64,000 nt of DNA from Carcharhinus longimanus (GCA_030264375.1 JASCQW010000132.1:77403953-77467952); one strand, 5' to 3'. Positions 39,190 through 50,488 are shown, numbered from the stretch's first letter. The notes: generated by a model not told the origin, from the letters alone. Translations and numbers: made by a program.

Positions 39190-40105
39190 TATGTCTTCTG
39201 TCTTGCCAATATTCAGCTGGGAGAAGTTCTGTCTCCAACAAAAGCGAATCTCATCACCTTGCCTTGACATTTAACAGGACTATCAACACTGAAAGTCCTT
39301 CACCATCAGCATTCACCAAAAATATTATTGGACTGGCAACATAAATGCAGTGGTAACAGTGAGTAAATACAATGAGTAACTTATTGTTATGTATGTGGTG
39401 TCTGTCTCTTTAAGACGATATGGCAGAAGTGAGTCACCAGACTTGAGGAACCAATGGGGAACTGAGGGTGAGCGATCATGCCAGAACTGGAGTCCTCTCT
39501 CTGGCAGAATCTTCAAGCAAACATACAGACACTACACTTACCTTCTAACTTCTCAAAGCCTGTCTATCATATACATGGGACAAGTCAAGAAAGTGATGAA
39601 GTTTTCTCCACTTGTCTCAATGACTGCTGCTCTAACAATGCTCATGAAGGACTGCACCACCCAGGACAGAGTATCCCACTTTGACACCTCCATCCACAAT
39701 CTTAAACATTCACTCCCTCCATCAGCAATGCACAGTGACAGCACGTATCATTTACAAGATGCACTGCAGCACGTCACCAAGGGTTGTTTCAACAGTACCT
39801 TTCATCCTGGGACTCTTCAGTACTTAGAAGGATAAGGGCAGGAAATGCATGGGAACACTACCACCTGCAAGTTCCCCTCTAAGTCACATACAATCCTGAC
39901 TTTGAAATATAGCATCATTTCATCATTATCGCTGCATCAAAACCTGGAGCTCCTTAGCTAACAGCACTGTGGGTGTACTTATACCACATGGATTGAAGTG
40001 ATTCAAGGAGGCAGCTCACCAGAAATTTCTCAAGGGTAATTAGGAATGAGCGAAAAGATGTGGTGCTTTCCATCTATTCCACATCCATTAATTAATATAA
40101 AAAAA
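39190..40105 (+). mobile_element. LINE family B 3' part, older copy
   Basis: Colinear with 38090-38648 (atgggaacactaccacctgcaagttcccctctaagtcac, gcagctcacc..ctcaagggtaattagg). Confidence 0.85.
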
Positions 40106-40240
40106 CCCTCAACCTCATCTCACCCCTTATTTTTGCCACATTTAACTTCTGCAATCTCCTGCTTTACGTCACTTCCCATTTTCCAAATTTCTGAAAATAC
40201 TTGACTCTGGACTCTTGTGAAATTTTCCTCACTCCACCAC

Positions 40241-40446
40241 TGGGCGAGCTTTTCTGGCCTCCCCATGTGTGTTTCTTGGGATGGCAGTGGTGTGTTTTTC
40301 ACTGGCAATGGGATTTTATGGTCCCACTGCTGTCAATGAGATTACCCATTGAATCCACCATATACCATTGGGAAATCCAGGGAGGGAGTGCACTGTTGGC
40401 AGGATTGGAAGATCCAGCTAGCGTGAACGGCCAGAAAACTCTAAGC
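40241..40446. mobile_element. MITE (Harbinger-type)
   Basis: Inverted ends gagcttttctggcc / ggccagaaaactc; a reverse-orientation copy lies at ~47695-47898. Confidence 0.7.
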
Positions 40447-40609
40447 ATTCAGTTGCCACAGTCCTATCATCTGGAATTTTTTCTCTCATTTTCTTCTCCT
40501 TCTCCCTCCACTTCTAAAGAAAAGAAAATGAAAGGATTCTATTTATAGAATGTATACTCTATATACTGTTTGTAACATATAAAAATGATTTGGAGAAAAA
40601 TGTAATTGG

Positions 40610-41497
40610 TTTGCGGACGACACAAAGGTGGATTTGCAGATAGCGATGAGACCTTCAGAGGACACTGCAGGATATAGATGAGTTGGAGACTTAGGCGGAG
40701 AGGTGGCAGATGGAGTTTAATCTGGACAAATGTGAGGTAATGCATTTTGGAAGGTCTAATACAGATAGGAATATACAGTAAATGGCAGAACCCTTAAGAG
40801 TATTGATACGCAAAGGGATCTGGGTGTACAGGTACACAGGTCACTGAAAGTGGCAACAAGCTGGAGAAGGTAATCAAGAAGGCATACAGCATGCTTGCCT
40901 TCAATGGCCAGGGCATTGAGTTTAAAAATTGACAAGTCATGTTGCAGGTTTATACAACCTTAGGCCGCACTTAGAACATAGTGTTCAATTCTGGTCACCA
41001 ACCTACCAGAAGGATGTGGGGGCTTTGGAGAGGGTGCAGAGGAGATATGCAGGATATTGCCTGGTATGGAGGGCATTAGCTATGAGGAGAAGTTGGAGAA
41101 ATTTGTTTTGTTCTTACTGGAATGAAGGGGCGACCTGATAAAAATCTCTAAGATTATGAGGGGCATGGACAGAGTGGATAGTCAGAAGGTTTTTCTCAAG
41201 GTGGAAGAGTCAATTACTTGGGGGCCATAAGTTTAAGGTAAGAGGGGCTAGGTTTAAAAGAGATGTACGAGGCAAGTTTTTTACACAGAGGCGGTGGGTG
41301 CCTGGAACCTGCTGCCAGGTGAGGTAGTGGAAGCAATGACTTTTAAGGGGCGTTTTGACAAATACATGAGTAGGATGGGAAAAGAGGGGTATGGTTCCTG
41401 GAAGATTAGGGGATTTTAGTTAAGTCGGGCAGCATGGTTGGTGCAGACCTGGAGGGCTGAAGAGCCTGTTTTTGTGCTGGAATTTTCTTTGTTCTTT
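40610..41497 (+). mobile_element. CR1 LINE 3' half, relatively young
   Basis: LRPHLEHSVQFWSPTYQKDVGALERVQRR; ends in ..tttctttgttcttt tail. Confidence 0.93.
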
Positions 41498-41499
41498 GA

Positions 41500-42480
41500 T
41501 GAGAAACTTCAGTTCTGTGGGTAGATTGACAAAGCTGGGGCTGTTCTCCTTGGAGAAGAGAAAGTTGTGAGATTTGTTAGATGCATTTGAAATCATAAGG
41601 GGGCTGGAGAGCATGAATGGGAAGAAACTATTCCTATCAGCAGCAGATTAACAAAACAACCAGGAGTGACATGCGGAAAAAACTCTTTATACAAGTGGCT
41701 TGGATCTGGAATGCTCTGACTGAACATTATGGTGGAGACAGATTCAATTGCAATTTTCAAAAGGGAACTGATTAATTATCTGAAAGTGGGTTATAGGGAA
41801 AAGGTCAAATTGTACTAGCTGTATTGCTGTTGCAAAGAAATTATACAAAGACAATGAGCAAAATTTTACACAAAAAATTCTAAGTGCTCAGCTAATGTGA
41901 AAATGGGAGAATTGCAGATCCATGTTTTGGGTGAGATTTTACTCCAATCTTATGCACATAGTGCTTGGAAAAATGGGCTAGACTCTTGTGTGCAGTTTTG
42001 ATCCCCTTATTTACGAAAAGATATATTAGCCTTGGAGGGAATACAGAGAAGGTTCATCAGGCTGATACTGGAGATGTATGGTATACTGGCCTTCATTAAT
42101 CGAGGGATTGAGTTTAGGAATCGGGAGGTAATGCTGCAACTTTATAAGACCCTTGTCAGGNNNNNNNNNNNNNNNNNNNNNNNNNNNNNNNNNNNNNNNN
42201 NNNNNNNNNNNNNNNNNNNNNNNNNNNNNNNNNNNNNNNNNNNNNNNNNNNNNNNNNNNNGAGGGTGCCTGGAACTCACTGCCGGGGGAGGTAGTGGAAG
42301 CGGATACGATAATGACTTTTAAGGGGCGTCTTGACAAGTACATGAATAGGATGGGAACAGAGGGATATGATCCCCAGAAGAGTAGGGGGTTTTAGTCAAG
42401 TCAGGCAGCATGGTGGGTGCAGGCTTGGAGGGCCGAAGGACCTGTTCCTGTGCTGTAATTTTCTTAGTTCTTTGTTCTTT
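41500..42480 (+). mobile_element. Additional CR1 3' fragments (old copy 41500-41850; copy 41985-42480 across a gap)
   Basis: MEGIQRRF, LAFINRGIEFRNREVMLQLYKTLVR, AWNSLPGEVVEADTIMTFKGRLDKYM; (gttcttt)n tail. Confidence 0.88.
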
Positions 42481-42799
42481 AAATACATAAACACTATATG
42501 ACTCTAAGTGCCTTTCACAATTTTATCATACTTTACAGCCAATTAAATACATTTGAAGTGCATTGAGTACTGTATTATAGGAAGGAGCATCCCAAAGTTA
42601 TACATCTTTATCCAGATTTTGCACTAACCTTCCATAGTCTAGTGCCAAAGTTAATGTCTGTTCTTCCTTCTTCACAAATTGACATAGTCTCCAATGTTAA
42701 ATGTGTTGCATAAATGCAAGTTGTTACTGTAGAAATGTTTTATCTAGATTTTAAAACCTAGAAATTAATGGTCAGATAATGTGCACTTTAAAATGCAAA

Positions 42800-42927
42800 T
42801 CAGTTAAATATAAATTGCTTAACAGAGGGTCTGTTTTTGTTTTTGCCACCAGCTTGCTGACAGCAATGATAATTTTCTAGATTAATTCTGGGGATGTCTG
42901 CTGCAAAGACCAGCTTCTTTTGAATCC
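42800..42927 (-). CDS. Candidate coding exon 2 of a small secreted protein: (G)IQKKLVFAADIPRINLENYHCCQQAGGKNKNRPSVKQFIFN*
   Basis: Acceptor cctgatttctctacag|G at 42928; open frame compatible with the phase-1 donor at 43455; TGA at 42802-42800; no homology recognised. Confidence 0.45.
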
Positions 42928-43455
42928 CTGTAGAGAAATCAGGACACATTCTGAAAACAATAAAACTAGTCTTTCACCTGAATATAAAAGGACTGCTGAT
43001 TTATTTCACTGCATCGTAAGCTACCACGGGAATGCTGCACCTTCTCAGATCGGGTAACCTTACTGTTCTTATTTAGCCTCCAGCACTTTGGCAAATTACA
43101 GCCACTAGAGTCAGACACAGAACCCTAGCTCACAGGATCAGGATTATTTTCAACCTTGATCAGGCAGACTGAATGGTCATGGTTTCTGAATTGAGTAACA
43201 GTTGCAGTGATTCAGAACAAAGCTATTAGAATTTTGAGTAGGCGTCAACAATAGTCCCTTTCATAGCTTTTGGCAGTGAGCTATCCAAGTTAGATTATAA
43301 ATTAATTCAGTGCACAAAACCTGACAGTTATTAAAATAAAATCTAGACTCAGATTTGCTTGACAATAGCTGATTTCGTAGGTGAATAAAAGTAGACATAA
43401 CAGGAACAAATTACCAGCGAAAAGAATTGGTTTTAACTGCTTCAAATATCCTTAC

Positions 43456-43597
43456 CTTGCCCTTTGTTGAAAAGTTCAGTGTTGAAATATGTTTTCTTAG
43501 CAATTGTGAAAGAAAATGAGCTCATAAAGATGAGGAGTATTAATGTCAGGGTGTCGAACATTTTCAATTTCAAGTAATGAATGCTGACATGGAGCAT
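43456..43597 (-). CDS. Candidate first coding exon with signal peptide: (MLHVSIHYLKLK)MFDTLTLILLIFMSSFSFTIAKKTYFNTELFNKGQ
   Basis: ATG at 43561 (A at -3) or 43597; hydrophobic core plus small-residue cleavage site; strong donor AAG|gtaagg at 43455; strong upstream acceptor tttctattttacag| at 43761; repeat-free context. Confidence 0.55.
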
Positions 43598-43894
43598 TCC
43601 AGATCCAAATATTTTGATGCAGAGAAGATAAATTCAACATGGGCCAAGCCTCTTTGCCTTCAGTGCTCTCCTGGCACTAATCATAGCATGCTTTGGACCA
43701 TTGCATGCTTTAGGAATCCCCAACCATGGTATACAGTGAGGAGAATTACTTGCATTAGCCCTGTAAAATAGAAATAGGACCCAGTCCTATCCTGTAGCAG
43801 CTGGACACATGTAGGTGGAGTGCTGAGATTAAAAAGGAAGAGGTAGTGGAATGCAATGGATAGAGAAAGAATTGCCCCTTCAGTCAAAGGAGGA

Positions 43895-44355
43895 AAGAAC
43901 ATAGAACATAGAACATTACAGCGCAGTACAGACCTTTTGGCCCTCGATGTTGCGCCGACCAGTGGAACCAATCTAATGACCCTCTAACCTAAACTATTCC
44001 AATGTTATCCANNNNNNNNNNNNNNNNNNNNNNNNNNNNNNNNNNNNNNNNNNNNNNNNNNNNNNNNNNNNNNNNNNNNNNNNNNNNNNNNNNNNNNNNN
44101 NNNNNNNNNNNAACTATTCCAATGTTATCCATATGCCTATCCACTGACCATTTGAACGCCCTTAAAGTTGGCGAGTCCACAACTGCTGTAGGCAGGGCAT
44201 TCCACGCCCTTACTACCCTCTGAGTAAAGAACCTACCTCTGACATCCATCCTACAATTACCACCCCTTAATTTAAAGCTATGATCCCTTGTGTTAGCCAT
44301 CACCATCCGAGGAAAAAGGCTCTCACTATCCACCCTATCTAACCCTCTGATTACC
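43895..44355 (-). mobile_element. CR1 LINE 3' end (spans a gap)
   Basis: (aacatag)n tail; LFPRMVMANTRDHSFKLRG..FFTQRVVRAWNALP. Confidence 0.92.
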
Positions 44356-44517
44356 TTAGCAGAAGGGAGGATGGAAGCTTAGTACCACTATGAACTAAGA
44401 GCAGGAGATGGATCTGAAATTCTTAGGCTTAGAAAGGCTCTACAGTAGCATAAATGTAAATGCCTCACCAGCATTATTTCCAATAACAGTGAAGGTAGGA
44501 ACTCTTGTGTCTTTGCT

Positions 44518-44648
44518 TGATGAAAACACATCAACCTAAAATGTTAACTCTGTTTCTGTCTCCGCAGATGCAGCCTTACGTGCTAAGTATTTCCAAGATT
44601 TTCTGTTTTAATTTCAGACTTCTAGCTTTCACCGTATTTTGCTTTTAG
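44518..44648 (+). mobile_element. Penelope-like terminal repeat fragment
   Basis: aatgttaactctgtttctgtctccgcagatgc..agtatttccaagattttctgtttt, same family as 52452-52620. Confidence 0.55.
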
Positions 44649-44761
44649 ACTCTTGCATTTTTTTGTGAATACCGAGGGCAGACATACGTGATTATGATTC
44701 ATTAAGAACTGGATTGAAATTGCCCACAATCATTTCACACACCTCCTATAAATCAAGAGAA

Positions 44762-45105
44762 CGAACTTGCATTTACTTGTAATTCCAAATCTTCATGATA
44801 CCTACAGGTACTTAAGAGACTATGAAATACATCTGAGGCATTATCCCACTGTTGTAATGCAGGAAACATTGCAGCCAATCTGTGTGCAGAAAGGTCTCAT
44901 TAACAACAGCAATGAGACAAATGGCCACACGACATTTTAACTGAGGGAACACCCTCAAATCGCACCATGGGATTTTTTTTATGGGATCAACTGAGAAGAC
45001 AAATGGCATTGTCGTTTAACATCTCACCCAAAAGCTGCCACCCTTAACAGTGTGATACTGAAATGCCAACCAATATTAAGCACTCATGTTTCCTGTTGGG
45101 GGGAT
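44762..45105 (-). mobile_element. DeuSINE (SacSINE1/AmnSINE1-like), decayed
   Basis: aacttgcattta..cactgttgtaatgcaggaaac..gcagccaat..ccatgggat..gtttaacatctcacccaaaag matches the recalled reverse complement of the Deu domain. Confidence 0.65.
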
Positions 45106-45399
45106 TAAAATTCAAATTGGTCCATGATCAGGTGTTTATACAACCATACATACTTATCCTGCTCCAGTCCAAATGAGACAGACAGTATGCACACTCTGTG
45201 CTGCCAGCACATTTACATAACAAGTGTGCAGCACAGGGTGAATGGTGTCGCTGACTGGCTGTAGACTCAGAAGGGGATTAAGATGTATGTGTGACTAGCA
45301 GGATTTGCAGCAAGCTTGCAGTTGCTCAAAGAGCCCGTACCTCATAAAGGGGAGCTGCATTCAGCCTACAAGAGATTCTGGAATGGTCTGAAAAAAAAT

Positions 45400-46630
45400 G
45401 GTGGAAGAAAGAGTATTGCAAACGTAGCGAAAGTCCAGAGAGAAGTTTTTGGCTGCAGCATACTGGAGTCTTTGTGCAGGAGGTCAGATGGAGGAGGGAG
45501 CTCATATTTCCACAGGGTGCTATGAGGCAAAAGAAATGGGAGCACTGAGCCCGAGTTATAATTCCAAGAGCCTTGCCCTGAGGTCTTGGCTGCTATGTGG
45601 GAACAAATACAATGACAATGTGTTCAAGGTGTTCAAGGAACACATCTTCAAATGACATCCCTTCCCATTGCTTCATGCTACTGATTGTATCATAGCCCCA
45701 TCACTCACTAGTCAGCAGTCAGAGCTCATGCCTAATATTCAGACATTCAACTCACTTTCATGCATTGACTGGTCAGGCCAAACTCTCACCCACCTCTCGC
45801 AGTTTCTGCATACCTCCAGCTATTCAGCAATGATGAATATATTACCCAAACTTCATGCAATACACTTATAGACATTCTTCTATTTCTCTTGCAGGAAAAG
45901 TTCACATTATGGCACAAATCTTGAGATCTATGTTTGGGTCAGCTGTGATTAAGATCAATGCATTCAGCATTGCTGAAAACATTCAGGTTGGTGGTACTTT
46001 CTCTTCTCCAATTGCAAGTCACCATCCTCCTGCTGTCTGGCATGAAGTGCAATCTCTAGTTGAGCCTTTTGCTTTCCACTCCATCCTTCTTCCCTCATCC
46101 TAAACCTCCTCCTTCTCCATTTTTTGCTTTCAGCTATCAGAGCCATTCTGCTTACCAGTGAAGGACATGAGCAACACCAGATCTCTGGTGAAGAGGCACT
46201 ATCACTTAGTTGGTTACAGTATTGGCAACTGTTAACTTAGATTCTGGCATTGCACTATCCTAGTGGGCAGTATAGAGCCAAGTTTAACATGTGGTAAGTC
46301 AACTGACATGAAGGTGTGCCGCAGCAAGGGACGTAGGGTTGCCAACTCCTCAAATGTTGCATATGGGTTGTACTGTAGAGCACTCAGATGGAAACTATGA
46401 TGGGCTAGTATAAAGGAGAACGCTGATGGGATGACACACAAAGATGTTTAGTGCATTGGTAGAGGTACCATTGGGACTCTTTGCCACTGTCCAGGAGCAT
46501 GAAAGAGCCTTGGCTCCAACTTGGTGCTGAGATTAATGCAGGGATTCATTCTAGGAGCCCATCATTTCTAACATGCAAGTGTGAAAAACTTCATGACAGC
46601 TCTTGCAAAGTCAGTTACAGTATAGCGCCT
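45400..46630 (+). pseudogene. Harbinger accessory Myb/SANT-like (MSANTD/NAIF1-type) gene remnants
   Basis: VQEVRWRRELIFPQG (~45475-45520) and NSKSLALRSWLLCGNKYND; second remnant PWLQLGAEINAG..CEKLHD (46500-46600); acceptor ttctcttgcag|GAAAAG at ~45894. Confidence 0.6.
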
Positions 46631-47694
46631 GGTGACCATGGTCTTGGTTTCCTCTCAGCATAGGAAGACATCAGTGCTGTAGCGGAAGCCCGGACTGAAG
46701 TAACAAGAATCATGCTTTTTTTCATTCATTGGATAAAAGAGTGATTGGCTAGGCCAACATTTGTTATTCATTCCTAATTGCCTTTGAGAATGTGGTGGCT
46801 GCCTTCTTGAACTGTTGCAGTCCACTGACAGTCAACAACATTGTCACTGTAGACACACTGCCAATGTGTGGTTGATGACAGAGGGAGAGGATCCATGTTC
46901 ACAGCTGAATCCATTGTCATCCAGTCTCTTTAAGATGGGTCAGAAATGGCAGGCACTCCTGACTGGCGCAGGATGCATTTCTTGTGGCTTCTTCCAGGAT
47001 AGTGAGCATTCATTGGCTGGAATGGTTGTACATGAACTCCTTGTTAGTGAAATGACAGCAATTGCAATAGCAGTTCATTTCTCTATTAATATGTGGGGCC
47101 CACAGAGCCACATGTTTGCTGATGTTGGCACCCTGCACTGCTAAGAATCCTGCCAGCCTGACAAACCCATACCCTCTTTCCCTCTGCTTCTTTTCTGGTC
47201 AGTGTGGTGGAACATGGATATTAATATGTGTTGCTGTTACACTGATAAATCAGAAGCAGAGAAAGCAGAAATAACATTAGTTGAGGTGAGGTGGATGGTG
47301 CAGTACTTCTCCTGCATTTGAACACATATTCAGCTGGGAATGGATAAACAAACGTGTTAACTGGGCTTGTAAGTTCCAAAATCACAGAATGTGAACCAAA
47401 TCAATGTTAAGTGTTGTTTAACATCATGATCCAGCCATTCTGCATGCTTCGAACACATGGCACATCAATGTGCCAGTCAGAGTTGGCAATGTCAGATGTG
47501 GCAGGAAGCATTCTGGCTAATATTTCTTAAGAGTTTCAAACTTTTGTAACTACAGTCCCAACAATATTACAGAGTAGAATTTTATCCCCACAATCCCCTG
47601 ACTCAGAGAGTGCTGTTACTACTCATTGTAATGGTCAATGGTTTGCTTGTCTATGTTCGATTATGCAAATCTGAGAATGTTCCAAAAAGGATCT

Positions 47695-47898
47695 GGGGCA
47701 TGATTTTCTAGCCATTCCCGCTGGTGGGATCATCTGGGTCTGCCGACAGCAACCCACTGCCACAGGTTCCCTGGCAGTGGAGGATGTGAACAACAGGAAA
47801 TCCCATTGACAGCAGTGGGACCAGAAGATCCTGTCGCCGGCCAATGATGGGCCACCTTAACCACTACAAAACACACCGCAGAGGGGGTAGAAAAATGA
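47695..47898. mobile_element. MITE, same family as 40241-40446
   Basis: aaatcccattgacagcagtgggacca is the reverse complement of pieces of 40305-40340; end ggggcatgattttctagcc. Confidence 0.65.
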
Positions 47899-48534
47899 TA
47901 TGAATGTATGTATGTTGAAATTCCTGAAAGTCCTAAAATATTTTAAAGTGATGTTAAATAAACTGTTTGGATTTCATACTTGAGTCATCTCTGCATTGCT
48001 GTGAGATAAATAAGACATACAGCAACCTGGCTAATACATAACATTCATGGCTGAATGCTATGTTTCATCTCACTCACTATCCCACCCCATCTGCTTTCCA
48101 CTAGTCTGGAACAGATTTGATTTTGGATCATAGACCAATTTCCAGCTCTCTCCACCACCCAAACTGTTATATTGGTGTAATTTCTGACTTTGTACTATTG
48201 GCAGGGAGCCTCACCACTGGAGTATATACTGGAAAATTACTCTTTATATTTACTGCGCACAGAAACAGTTCTATCTAGCACTGGTACCTATAAAAGCTGC
48301 AATCACTAATAAAATCACCCAGGAAATTACTTTTTGAAGTCCTTAACAATTTATTTTGATATGAATCAATAAATTCTTCTATCTGATTAAAATGCAGTCT
48401 AAACAGAGAGAATTTTATCTGGCATTTTTGTTCTATTTGAAGAGTTTTTTCTTGAAATTTATAGCTTCTGAGTCAGTCTCTATGAGATATGACTGTGTTT
48501 AGGGTATCATGGATCTTTCATTTCTTTTGAATTA

Positions 48535-49030
48535 TGCATCTGATAGTAAGTAAGTATACTGTAGCTTCCATAACGGCCTTTGTAACTGTGTGCGAATCTG
48601 AGCAATAACGGCACACAGTAATTGATTGAGGCATGTATATAGTTTTAAGTATTGAAATGTAATCATTGTAATTAGTAGAAATCTGTAAATATCGAGGCAT
48701 GGATATAGTTTTAAGTATTGAAATGTAATCATTGTAATTTGTACAGATCTGAAAGAATGTCTTGATTCTGCATTGTTTGCAGTTCAAAGCCCNNNNNNNN
48801 NNNNNNNNNNNNNNNNNNNNNNNNNNNNNNNNNNNNNNNNNNNNNNNNNNNNNNNNNNNNNNNNNNNNNNNNNNNNNNNNNNNNNNNNNNNNTATTGAAA
48901 TGTAATCATTGTAATTTGTACAGATCTGAAAGAATGTCTTGATTCTGCATTGTTTGCAGTTCAAAGCCCAATACATTTGCAATAGTTTATTCGAGATTTT
49001 TATGAATAAAGTATATTTTTGGAAAAAAAA
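48535..49030 (+). mobile_element. 3' UTR and poly(A) end of a non-LTR retroelement (Tx1-like) with 66-bp tandem units
   Basis: 66-bp unit at 48628 and 48694; ttttatgAATAAAgtatatttttggaaaaaaaa terminus; clade assignment is inference. Confidence 0.55.
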
Positions 49031-49031
49031 T

Positions 49032-49061
49032 GGCCTTTTGGCTAAAATCAAGTGTAGTATC
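49032..49061 (+). pseudogene. RNU2: U2 snRNA 5' fragment (nt 11-40, includes the GUAGUA branch-site recognition sequence)
   Basis: ggccttttggctaaaatcaagtgtagtatc is 29/30 identical to vertebrate U2 GGCCUUUUGGCUAAGAUCAAGUGUAGUAUC; the rest of U2 is absent. Confidence 0.88.
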
Positions 49062-49132
49062 GACATGCTGTACTTGGTTGAAGTCATGAGGTTACACTGT
49101 GGCTTCTCTTGAAGCAATTTTTTAAAGTGGAA

Positions 49133-49153
49133 TCTCAGCCTTTTGGCTAAGAT
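49133..49153 (+). pseudogene. RNU2: Second U2 snRNA 5' fragment (nt 7-27)
   Basis: tctcagccttttggctaagat is 20/21 identical to UCUCGGCCUUUUGGCUAAGAU. Confidence 0.75.
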
Positions 49154-49699
49154 GCAAATGAGATCAAGCCTTGGAGGAAGTGCAATGCCTGCTCCAATCA
49201 GCTTAGAACATGTAGATCAAGCCCAGGACAGGAAGTGAGAGGCCTGTCTTGTCAGCTTGGATCTGATGTCTCACTTGCTGAGACTCTGAATTGGCCTTTG
49301 ATTGGATTGAATTGGATGTATAAACAAAAAAAAGCAAAACTTTGTAACTTTGCCATTAAGTGTGCCATCTCAAAGTTATATTGCCAGAAAAAAATCACAA
49401 TAGAGAAAGAAAGAGATATAATTTAGTTATGTTGTAATATTATTTCAAGTTGATGAATACACTAATGAACATTCACAGAGTTAACCCTTCATAAGCCATC
49501 TTTTTTTAATAAGGAGTAGATATCTCACCTACCAACACTGTTGCCAGGATGTCTTGAAGTGGATAAAGGATATACATTAAACTTTCCTCAGGGCCTTCTG
49601 CTCTGTTATCATAGGATCAGTGGGAATACAGTTTATGTGAACAAACATGTACTTATGCCAAACATCTGCCGACATTAAAGCAGTACAGAGAGCAATGCC

Positions 49700-50340
49700 C
49701 AAGAAACATCCTAGTGTATAAAACCTCCCAAGTGCAATATTTCCAAGTTTTGTACCGCCTGCAAACTTTGAAATTATGCTGTACACTCCAAGACTTTTGT
49801 CAATATATATAAGGAAGAGCAAAGGTCCTAACATTAATCCTTGGGGAGCTCCACGATAAACCTTCCTCTAGTCTGAAAGATAACCACTTTGTTCCCTGTC
49901 ACTCAGCCGATTTTGTATCCAAATTGATACTGTTCCTTTAACTCCATGTGCTCTTTTAACTTTGCTCACAAGTCTGTTGTGCAGCACTGTGTCAAATGTC
50001 CTCCAATAGTCCATGTGCACCACATCAACCACATTACCCTTATCAACATTCTCTATTACTTCATCAAAAAATTCTAGTAAGTTAGTCAAGTATGATTTGC
50101 CCTTAAAACTCCATGATGGCCTTTCTAAATTAACCTGCATTTTCTCAAGTGTCTGTAACTTATGTCCCAAATTATGAATTCTAAAAACTTCTCCGCCATT
50201 CAGGTTAAACTGAGAAGCCAGTATGTTGGAATTAGCTTTACACCCTACATTAACAAACGTTGTGATTGCATTTCTCCTATCCTCTGAAAACTCCTATGAG
50301 TCTAAGGAAGATTGGAAAATCATGGCCAGTGCCTCCAAAA
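49700..50340 (-). mobile_element. CR1 LINE RT fragment
   Basis: FKGKSYLTNLLEFFDEV..VDVVHMDYWRTFDTV; LGPLLFLIYI..ISKFAGGTKLG. Confidence 0.9.
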
Positions 50341-50415
50341 TGCCCAGTTAAAATTACACTTTGAGCACAATGGGTTCAAGAACCATCTTGACTCTTTTTC
50401 AGAGTCTGAAAAAGA

Positions 50416-50488
50416 AGAATTAATGTTTCAAGTCCTCATGACTCTTCAGAGTCTGAAAAGAGTCATGTGGACTTGAAACATTAATTCT
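50416..50488. repeat. Near-perfect hairpin (Penelope-like inverted terminal repeat)
   Basis: Arms 50416-50446 and 50458-50488 are 30/31 complementary; each arm carries CTGA..GTC..GAC..GAAA. Confidence 0.8.

Noticed and set aside
42895-42922. QKKLVFAAD resembles amyloid-beta QKLVFFAED
   Set aside because: Short chance similarity; no other APP features or exon structure.
48716-48969. Exact ~77-bp direct repeat either side of a 100-N gap (also short duplications flanking gaps at 26648/26763 and 43992/44112)
   Set aside because: Identical sequence on both sides of fixed-length gaps is most likely unmerged contig overlap, not a biological repeat.
49032-49220. Functional U2 snRNA gene
   Set aside because: Only nt 7-40 are present; there is no Sm site or 3' stem-loops and no recognisable snRNA promoter context.
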